Shown: one piece after another, positions 1-8,203 of the stretch
Layout of the letters: every line of letters starts with the position of its first letter
Numbering within the stretch: the stretch's first letter is position 1
Assembly (NCBI GenBank): GCA_009103225.1
Contig: RHPI01002264.1
Location: 1 to 23,603 of the forward strand
Direction of reading: 5' to 3'
DNA length: 23,603 bases
DNA from: Chlorokybus atmophyticus
Taxonomy: Eukaryota > Plantae > Mesostigma and Chlorokybus algae
The notes under the pieces: model-generated
The model's database searches: none
The model's input: the letters and a program-made list of their open reading frames with translations, nothing else
What the model was told of the DNA's origin: nothing
Translations under genes and position numbers: made by a program

Positions 1-23
1 ACTGGCATGGGTCTTATACAGGT

Positions 24-89
24 TGCCAGTACTAGCACGGGGTTTTTGTGCCAGTACTGGCACGGGTTTGTGCCAGTACTGGCACAAAC
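24..89. repeat. Three tandem copies of palindrome TGCCAGTACTGGCA
   Basis: Copies at 24-37 (one mismatch), 49-62 and 71-84. The last extends to a perfect 24-bp palindrome at 66-89. Confidence 0.85.
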
Positions 90-182
90 TGCAGGACCCA
101 TGTGTACCTTGACGACAATTACCAAGTTGGTGGTGCTTGATAATTAGGCGCAGTCGCATGCGCTGGACTGGTGTGAAACCTG

Positions 183-320
183 CAGGTGCCTGTGACATAG
201 GCTGAGTCACCTGAATTAGATTGATGTGTAACTTACAGGAGCCTGTTGATTAGGTATAGTCACTAATTCAGGCCTGATGTGTAACTTACAGGTGCCCGTT
301 AATTAGGACTAGTCACCTGT
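183..320. repeat. Degenerate tandem repeat of about 54 bp (roughly 2.5 copies)
   Basis: TGATGTGTAACTTACAGG recurs about 55 bp apart. CAGGtGCC...TAGG...AGTCAC recurs three times. Confidence 0.7.
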
Positions 321-670
321 TTAATATTAAATGTACAAAAAAAAGGTAAGGCCTGATAGTAACGGATGTTCTACTCAGGTCTCCCTGTATCGAGATTACA
401 AGTGGACTAAGCCACGGCAGTTTAAATGAGTATCTTCAGGTGCACGGCCGTTGCCAATATCTAATCGGCCGGAAGGGGAAACATTTTGCGACATTATTGT
501 TGCTGTTGTTGATGTTGTTGTTACTTACTGTGGCTATGGTTAAGTTGAACGGTGTGGCTGGCTACTTCAATTGGCGCTGCTGGGTGTACTTTGCATGGCT
601 AAATTGTACTAAATATCTACTCTAATGTTATAGTCAACGATGTTTTTGGTCCAGCTACAGCCTATGGTTA

Positions 671-674
671 GCAT
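671..674. other. Target site duplication GCAT (partner at 12449-12452)
   Basis: ttaGCAT|TGACGTGCC on the left and GGCATGACA|GCATgttgg on the right. It is only 4 bp, and the left TG end carries one mismatch to internal A copies (TGAC vs TGTC). Confidence 0.7.
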
Positions 675-2696
675 TGACGTGCCTGTCATGGTCGAGGGCA
701 ACCTTGTCTCGGACAGGCTGCAGAGGAGTGCTAGTGCTGCACGCATGCTAGTGCCGTGCACTGCATTGGAGTCATGCAAGCAAAAGACAACCCCCCAATC
801 GTGGGCATAGGCTTGAAGATGAGCCTACGCGGTGTTTAGTGCAGTGGACGAGCCGATGCCGCTCGCCACCTTGGTGTACAGACTGTGTCGTAGTGCACAC
901 AGTCAACAAGCCACTACGATAGGTAGTGCTGTGGACACAGTTCGTTGCATGAGTGGATAGAATGATACACTGTTAAGTGAGGTGAATGAGTGTGCAACAC
1001 GTGGATACAACACCCTGACTACTGAAACAACACACCACCGTCAAGCTCACAGCAATGGCAGGCACAGCGCACAAGAGCATGCACCGTGTCTCACGCAGTA
1101 AGGGAATTCTTGGCAACCGGGGCAGCGTGCTTCCAGTTCAAGTCGCTTCACAAGCTCTTTAGAAACAGAGTCTTTACTTCTTAGTACTCCTAGTACTCAC
1201 AGTACTCACTTACAGTGTCACCAGCCAGTCTGGTGACGTGACTTCCTACTTATACATGTCAAATCATGACTGTGCAGTGCCACGCGGGCACTAGGCCAAC
1301 GGTCACATCGAGGCCTCATGCTATTTCGGAAATCTCCTAAGACTTGATATAGCACATGTGTTCTTAACAGACTTGCAACTGATCAGCTACGCGCGGTCCC
1401 TACAGACAGGTCTATAAAGTAGCCCTAGCTACATGCTACATGAGTGATACAGTAGCTAGCAGTAGGCTGGGGCTCGCGCGGTCTTCATGCTGGTAGCCCG
1501 GGCGTGGGGCTGGGTGTAGGCATGCTTGAGAAGAACTGGCATGCGAGGGTAGATGGCATGACAGCTGTCGTGCCTGTCATGGTCGAGGGCAACCTTGTCT
1601 CGGACAGGCTGCAGAGGAGTGCTAGTGCTGCACGCATGCTAGTGCCGTGCACTGCATTGGAGTCATGCAAGCAAAAGACAACCCCCCAATCGTGGGCATA
1701 GGCTTGAAGATGAGCCTACGCGGTGTTTAGTGCAGTGGACGAGCCGATGCCGCTCGCCACCTTTGTGTACAGACTGTGTCGTAGTGCACACAGTCAACAA
1801 GCCACTACGATAGGTAGTGCTGTGGACACAGTTCTTTGCATGAGTGGATAGAATGATACACTGTTAAGTGAGGTGAATGAGTGTGCAACACGTGGATACA
1901 ACACCCTGACTACTGAAACAACACACCACCGTCAAGCTCACAGCAATGGCAGGCACAGCGCACAAGAGCATGCACCGTGTCTCACGCAGTAAGGGAATTC
2001 TTGGCAACCGGGGCAGCGTGCTTCCAGTTCAAGTCGCTTCACAAGCTCTTTTAGAAACAGAGTCTTTACTTCTCAATACTCCTAGTACTCACAGTATTCA
2101 CTTACAGTGTCACCAGCCAGTCTGGTGACGTGACTTCCTACTTATACATGTCAAATCATGACCGTGCAGTGCCACGCGGACACTAGGTCAACGGTCACAT
2201 CGAGGCCTCATGCTATTTCGGAAATCTCCTAGGACTCGATATAGCACATGTGTTCTTAACAGACTTACAACTGATCAGCTACGCGCGGTCCCTACAGACA
2301 GGTCTATAAAGTAGCCCTAGCTACATGCTACATGAGTGATACAGTAGCTAGCAGTAGGCTGGGGCTCGCGCGGTCTTCATGCTGGTAGCCCTGGCGTGGG
2401 GCTGGGTGTAGGCATGCTTGAGAAGAACTGGCATGCGAGGGTAGATGGCATGACAGCTGTCGTGCCTGTCATGGTCGAGGGCAACCTTGTCTCGGACAGG
2501 CTGCAGAGGAGTGCTAGTGCTGCACGCATGCTAGTGCCGTGCACTGCATTGGAGTCATGCAAGCAAAAGACAACCCCCCAATCGTGGGCATAGGCTTGAA
2601 GATGAGCCTACGCGGTGTTTAGTGCAGTGGACGAGCCGATGCCGCTCGCCACCTTAGTGTACAGACTGTGTCGTAGTGCACACAGTCAACAAGCCA
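675..2696 (-). repeat. 3' terminal repeat array A1-B1-A2-B2-A3 (A = 239 bp, B about 663 bp, period 891-892 bp)
   Basis: A1 675-913, B1 901-1563, GC spacer, A2 1566-1804, B2 1792-2455, GC spacer, A3 2458-2696. A and B overlap by AGTCAACAAGCCA. Copies are near-identical by manual alignment. Confidence 0.95.
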
Positions 2697-2704
2697 CCCC
2701 CTCT
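2697..2704 (-). other. Polypurine tract (AGAGGGGG) abutting the TG start of the 3' repeat
   Basis: + strand CCCCCTCT lies immediately after A3 ends in CA (2695-2696) and about 40 bp past the integrase/PHD stop. Confidence 0.8.
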
Positions 2705-2742
2705 GAGATTCTGGGGTAGCCCTATGCTCCAGAACTCAGTTC

Positions 2743-5700
2743 CTACCGACTGTGTGGGGGACCGTTGATGCGGCAGTCATCGCACCAGTACTCCCACAAG
2801 GGTACTGCGTCGAGTGGAGGGTCAAGGCAGTAGCAGTGCATGCCTTGATTGCAGCCGTCGCATAACATCATCAATGGGTCGTCGTCGGCGCTGCCACACT
2901 TCTCGCATCGGGTGCTGCGCAGCGGACGCGGGTGCTGGATCTGGGTGAAGCCAGCAATGTAGGGGAGATGACAGGGCGCACAATTGACCATGTTGTCCTT
3001 CATGCGCTCGCCTCGTTGTCCCAACAGGTCAAGTACCCCTGTGGGGTGCACCTTCAATACCTTGTAGACAGCATGCCCGACGGAGGTATCGAGGGTGTCG
3101 CGTGTAGACGCCATACGGTAGACGAAGTCTCCTGACTCGAAGCGGCGCTCCCGCTCCTTGTAGAAACCACTGCGCACACGCTCGTAACGCAGCGTGTCGC
3201 GGTGCTGCGCGATGCGCAGGTTGTTGAAGGCCATGGGGACTGTGTGTTCGAACAGCGCACTGCGCACTGTCAGATCATACAACATCTCGTCAGGGTTGTC
3301 GAGATTGTCCACCACTCTGTCGACCTCCTGCTGTGCGCGGAAAGGGAGCAATGGCTGCCTTCCGAACAGTAGATAGTATGGGCTGTACTCTTGCAGAGCT
3401 GCTTGCTTGGACAGCCGGTAGCCCATTGCTACCCATGGGAGGTGATCATCCCAGGTATTCTTCTCGTAGGCGAGGACGTACTTGCGCAGTGCCTTCTTGA
3501 TGGTCTGCACGGTACGCTCGGCGAGGCCGTCGGCCTGCGGGTGGTCGCGTGAGGTGCGACGGTGGTCGATGAAGCATCTGTCGATAAGCTTGTCGAAGGC
3601 TCCTCTGAACTCCGTACCCTGGTCGGTGATGACTTCAGCGCAGCTGCCGAAGCGTCCGAGTACATGGGAGAGGAAAGCCTGGGCTACTCCCTCACTGCTC
3701 TTGTCGGGCAGGGGCACCAGCTCCACCCACTTGGAGAAGTGCTCGATCATGACGAGGATGTAGCGGTTGCCTCGCGCTGAGGGCGCTAGGTCTCCGAGGA
3801 TGTCCAGTCCCCAGCGGTAGAACAACCCGGAAATGGGAAGGGGATGCAAGGTGGCATTGCGCGTGTTGAGGCTGGCGCGAACCATGTCACACTGCTGACA
3901 GTTGCTGACGAACTCCCGCACCTGTCTGTGCACCCCATACCACCAGTACTGGGTCCTGACCAGGCTGACCGTGCGCNTCACACTGCTGACAGTTGCTGAC
4001 GAACTCCCGCACCTGTCTGTGCACCCCATACCACCAGTACTGGGTCCTGACCAGGCTGACCGTGCGCTTGACACCGAAGTGCCCGAGCTCGGTGTGAAGG
4101 GAGGAGATGATGCCTTCACGTGCAGCTGGTGTGGGGACCTCCTGATCTGCATCTTGTATCCGTCGATACAGCCTGTTGGCCCAGCGGTAACGCTGAGTGC
4201 GTTGTCGGACGCGGTCCTTCTCGCGTGCGCTCATGCCTGCTGAAAGTTGTCCAGTCTGAAGCAGTGCGAGCGATGGCTCGTCCAGCCAGATGTCTTGTCG
4301 TGTGTCGGTGGGTGCCAGCTCCTCATCATCCACCTCAGGGTCGGCAGCGATTGCTTCTTCTGATAAAGGATCGGTGGTGGTGATGGCGGGCTCGAGAGCG
4401 GGCATGTCCCCGTCTGCTGCTGCCTCAGCGATCTGAGTCCTGCGTCCTGAGCGTAGCGCAGCGACAGCGAACATGGTGGCCACACCTGCAGGTGCAGCTG
4501 TAGGACCCAACTCATGTCGGGCGCCTGTGGCGTCGTTGGTGCTGAGGTGGGGGTTACGGCTGAGGCCATCCGCATCCTGGTTGGCAAGGCCTGCGCGGTG
4601 TTCCACCTCGAAGTCGTACTCCTGGAGCAGCAGCGCCCATCGTGCTAACTTTCCTGTCAAGTGCTGATTGTTCATTAGCCACTTGAGGGGTTGATGGTCA
4701 GTGACCAGTTGGAACTGCCGTCCGAACAGGAAGGGTCGGAAGAAGGAGATGGCCCACACTGCGGCGAGACATTCCCCTTCGTAGCTGCTGTAGTTGGCCT
4801 CAGCACTGTTGTTGCTGCGGCTGGCGTACGACACTATGCGCTCCTTCTTGTTGTCGTCATGCTGTACGAGCACGGCCCCCATGCCGAGCTTGCTCCAGTC
4901 TGTGTGCAGGATGAACGACCTGGTGTAGTCAGGGCGTTGCAGAATGGGAGCTGTGGTGAGGCGGAGCTTCAGCTCCTGAAAGGCCTCCTGTTGTGCCTCC
5001 TTCCACAAGAACTCGGTGTCCTTCTTCAGTAGTTCGTTGAGAGGCCTTGCGATCTTGGCAAAGTCTTTGACAAACCGGCGGTAATAGTTGGCAAGGCCGA
5101 GGAAGGCCCGCAGCCGCGTGAGGTCTGTGGGGGCAGGGATAGCCACCAGTGCCTCCACTTTGGCCTGCTGTACGTACACACCATGGGGCACAATCATGTG
5201 TCCTAGGTAGGGTACCTTGTGGGTGAAGAAGGTGCACTTGTCAGGGTGCACCGTCATCCCGACTTCCTTCAGCCTCTGTAGCACCTCTTCGATGTGCTGG
5301 AGATGCTCCTCATTGGTGTGACTGAAGATGAGGATGTTGTCGATGTAGCAGCGCGCGAAGTCCAACCCCTTGAGGGCTTTGTCCATGACGCGCTGGAACT
5401 TGGCCGGAGCGTTCTTCAGTCCGAAGGGCATGACCTTCCACTGGTACAGCTGCCGGTTTCCCCAGAAGGAAGTCTTGTGCTTGTCCTCCTCCTTGATGGC
5501 GATCTGGTTGTACCCTTGGCGCATATCCAGGATACTAAAGACCGTGCAGTCTCCTACATCGTCAAAGATGCCTTCTGCGGTAGGCATTGGATACATGTCC
5601 TGCTTGGTCTTGTTGTTGAGGGGGCGATAGTCGCCACACATGCGCCGGTCTGTCCAGTTGCCTGCTGAATCTTTCTTCAGGGGCATGACGGTCGCGGCCG

Positions 5701-5875
5701 CAAAGTCCGATGTGGACTCCTCGATCAGGCCGGCATCTAGCAGCGCCTTGCACCTCTGTTCCACCAAGTCTTCTTCCAGCTTGGAGAGGCGGTACTGTCT
5801 TCTGAACACCGGTTCGGTGTCCACTAGTTCAATGTCCATCTGGTATGCTGAGCAGATGCCCAGCTCCTGATCCAT
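2743..5875 (-). CDS. pol: Pol: reverse transcriptase - RNase H - integrase - PHD finger (about 1013 aa after removing the 91-bp duplication)
   Basis: RT: RMCGDYRPLN, ILDMRQGYNQI, MPFGLKNAP, YIDNILIFS. RNase H: HTDWS, YEGECLA, VTDHQPL, DADGLSR. IN: H-x-H...CQQC, WGLDILG, ITDQGTEF, GLAERTVQT. PHD C4HC3 at 2773-2907. The two ORF-track pieces join in frame when 91 bp are removed. Confidence 0.92.
3887..4067. repeat. Exact 90-bp tandem duplication separated by one N (3977); probable scaffolding artifact
   Basis: 3887-3976 equals 3978-4067. Removing 91 bp restores a continuous RT-RH-IN frame. Confidence 0.85.
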
Positions 5876-5881
5876 GGCGCG

Positions 5882-8203
5882 TCATAACAACTGACATTGT
5901 TGACTGGTTGTCAGCGTGGAGCCTGTGATGCTGCCTGGAAAGAATCCCATAGCACGCTCGCGCTCACGAGCGTTGGGTTCTTCCAGCTGTCCAGTGTGGG
6001 AGTCCAACACCATGCCGTCGCCTCCATTGCGGAACGCGTAGGAGCCTGGATAGGATACAAGCGTGGGTAGTGCACGGCGTGGCTGACCAGGCTGGTTGCA
6101 CTGGTAGAAGTGGTGGTGGTCAAGGCGTGTGACTGGTTGCGCTGTGCGTCCAGGGTCCAGGATGTTATCAACGACAACATTTCGTGGCCGATGGCTGTAT
6201 AGGTATTCTGCCAGAAACAGGTCCTCCACAATGGCCAGGTTGGTCCACTTGGCGCGGACGCGGTGTGCGCGAGATCCATGACGCGCGGCGTTGATTTTGA
6301 GAGGATGCCCCAGCAAGGAGCATACTTGCCGATAGGCCTTGGCGACGTGAAGCCGCTTGTCATCCTCGGAGTGCACATTCTCGATGATGTACCCCACGGG
6401 CCTAGCGATCTGACTGGTCTGTAGGAGTTTGATGACTCTCATTAGCTCCCAGAACAGCTGTGAGCGAGGATCAGAGAGCCCTTGGCCTCTGCCTGCCCTG
6501 GAGTGCCCTTGACACTCCCATCCTGCTATCAGCAGGTCAACGTTGCCGACTGCCTGCAGGTGATCCTTGGTAATCCAGCGGATGTCCTGTGGTAGAGCTT
6601 TCTGGCTCCCTTGCAGTGCCGACAGGGGTAGCTGCTGCGGGTAGCGCTGGTGCAGCTGTCGTAAATGATGGCTCAGAGCCTCCTGTGCATGAGGGTCAGG
6701 GTCACAGTAGAGGTACTGGGTAACTGTTGTTCCTGTGTTGAGGACGGCCGCAAGCCCACTGCCTATGCCTCCGAACAGCTCCAGCACGGTGATGCCTTGT
6801 TGTCGGCGGAACATGTGGAACTCCACAACTCCCGTAGCTATGTGGTACTGCTCCTGCACTGTAGCCTGGTCTTTGTAGACAGGGAAGTGTGCAGTGAGCT
6901 GAGGCCTGGTCAGCAGCATGTGTGCTGCTACTTGTGCGCTCCAGCGACGCTCGGATGGCTCCTGAAAGGCCACTTCTTTGGTGACAGTTTCCTGAGACTC
7001 ATCGTACGGTGTAGGAGAGTCCCCTTCAGCGTCTAGGCTCGGGCTCGAGCTTATTGCAGTTGTCCTTGGCTGCGTTCGGGCACGAGGCACACGTGAGCGT
7101 TTTGTCGAACTGTAGGTGGCTGCTTCGGCCGATCTTCGTTGCGAGCGGGCCTTGGCCACCAGTTCGAGAGGCAGGAATCCCTGCTCCTCTCCATCATCCT
7201 CATCCCAATGTGGTCGAAACCATGCCTGCTCAGTCCAGCAGTCCAGCCCCATGCCGACAGGGAAGTTGCAGTCCTGTCCCAACAGTAGGTCAAAGGACCC
7301 GGCATCGGTGACCACACACCTTTGTAAAATCTCGGTGCTGTGGGAAGGGTCTAGTCCGGTGAGGCGGATGCTCACAGCCTGCTTGGTAAGGCCGAGTACC
7401 TTGTCGCGGTTGCCGGTTGCGGTGTCCAGCTGGTAGGGACAGGGAAGCAGCTCAGCGCTGGTGATGCCGAGATCTCGTGCGAGATAGCGCCCAATGATGA
7501 CAGGCTGTGCTCCAGTGTCCAGCATCACGCGTTTGGGTGCCCGCCCGTTGACGGTCACGTGCTTGCCTTGGTTGGCGATCATGGCTGCATTGGCGTTGAT
7601 GCGCAGCCTCTTGCAGCGACGGAACCTCTTGCGTGGAGAGACTGTTGCTTTACTCTCGTCTGCGGGGCCTGACCGTAGGGCAGCCAGGGCTCCTCTGCCT
7701 AATGGATCTTGTGGGCCTCCTTGTCCTCGGCTTTGTCCAAACCGTCCTTGTCGCGGTTGTTGGTACACGCGTGGTGGCCTAGGCACTGGAGGTGCTGCTG
7801 CAACCTGTCCAAGTGGAGGTGCAGGAGGGTTGACCCTCTGTGCAGCTGTTGTCATGCCAGGAGGAGTGGCCAGTGGCTGTGGCGGGAACCCTGGAGGACC
7901 TGGTGTTTGCGGGACTGCCTCTCGTGCAGCCTGCTCCTCTACATAGGTCCATCGCACAGCATGGGCTGCCTCTCTGACTAGTGTACCTTCCCATGTAGCC
8001 GTCGCATTGTTGTCCACATCTATATAGCGATGGTTCTGAGGCATGGGCTGCAGGTACACTGCGCGTAAGAGCCGCGCCCTCATGTCGTGAGTGACGGTAG
8101 GCACCCTGAGGATCCCTGCCATGTACGCATCCCATCTGCCGTTGACTACTCCCACTTCCAGCACTGTTATTGCTCGTGTGCGTACAGTGAGGCGGGTCTC
8201 TGG
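5882..8203 (-). CDS. Aspartic protease plus C5 cytosine DNA methyltransferase, in frame with gag
   Basis: Protease MLDTGA (DTG at 7511-7519). DNMT motif I ELFGGIG (6761-6781), motif IV AGWECQG (Cys codon 6514-6512), motif VI IIENV (ENV at 6374-6382), motif VIII HRVRAKWTN, motif IX ERERAMGF. Open and in frame from just after the gag TAG. Confidence 0.9.
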   Translation of the reverse strand, partial: PETRLTVRTRAITVLEVGVVNGRWDAYMAGILRVPTVTHDMRARLLRAVYLQPMPQNHRYIDVDNNATATWEGTLVREAAHAVRWTYVEEQAAREAVPQTPGPPGFPPQPLATPPGMTTAAQRVNPPAPPLGQVAAAPPVPRPPRVYQQPRQGRFGQSRGQGGPQDPLGRGALAALRSGPADESKATVSPRKRFRRCKRLRINANAAMIANQGKHVTVNGRAPKRVMLDTGAQPVIIGRYLARDLGITSAELLPCPYQLDTATGNRDKVLGLTKQAVSIRLTGLDPSHSTEILQRCVVTDAGSFDLLLGQDCNFPVGMGLDCWTEQAWFRPHWDEDDGEEQGFLPLELVAKARSQRRSAEAATYSSTKRSRVPRARTQPRTTAISSSPSLDAEGDSPTPYDESQETVTKEVAFQEPSERRWSAQVAAHMLLTRPQLTAHFPVYKDQATVQEQYHIATGVVEFHMFRRQQGITVLELFGGIGSGLAAVLNTGTTVTQYLYCDPDPHAQEALSHHLRQLHQRYPQQLPLSALQGSQKALPQDIRWITKDHLQAVGNVDLLIAGWECQGHSRAGRGQGLSDPRSQLFWELMRVIKLLQTSQIARPVGYIIENVHSEDDKRLHVAKAYRQVCSLLGHPLKINAARHGSRAHRVRAKWTNLAIVEDLFLAEYLYSHRPRNVVVDNILDPGRTAQPVTRLDHHHFYQCNQPGQPRRALPTLVSYPGSYAFRNGGDGMVLDSHTGQLEEPNARERERAMGFFPGSITGSTLTTSQQCQLL

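Noticed and set aside
440-625. 61-aa hydrophobic ORF
   Set aside because: GTG start, driven by a TTG/TTGC-type low-complexity run, with no other support.
1485-2593. Repeated 60-65 aa ORFs (MHDSNAV..., MGLGVGM..., MAGTAHK...; also 11947-12129)
   Set aside because: They recur only because they lie in the terminal repeats; no recognisable motifs.
675-2696. CRISPR-like or satellite array
   Set aside because: Units are about 890 bp with no unique spacers and match the element's other terminus; the context is eukaryotic.
5882-6800. Bacterial restriction-modification contamination
   Set aside because: The MTase is in frame between the retroelement protease and RT, with no cognate nuclease.
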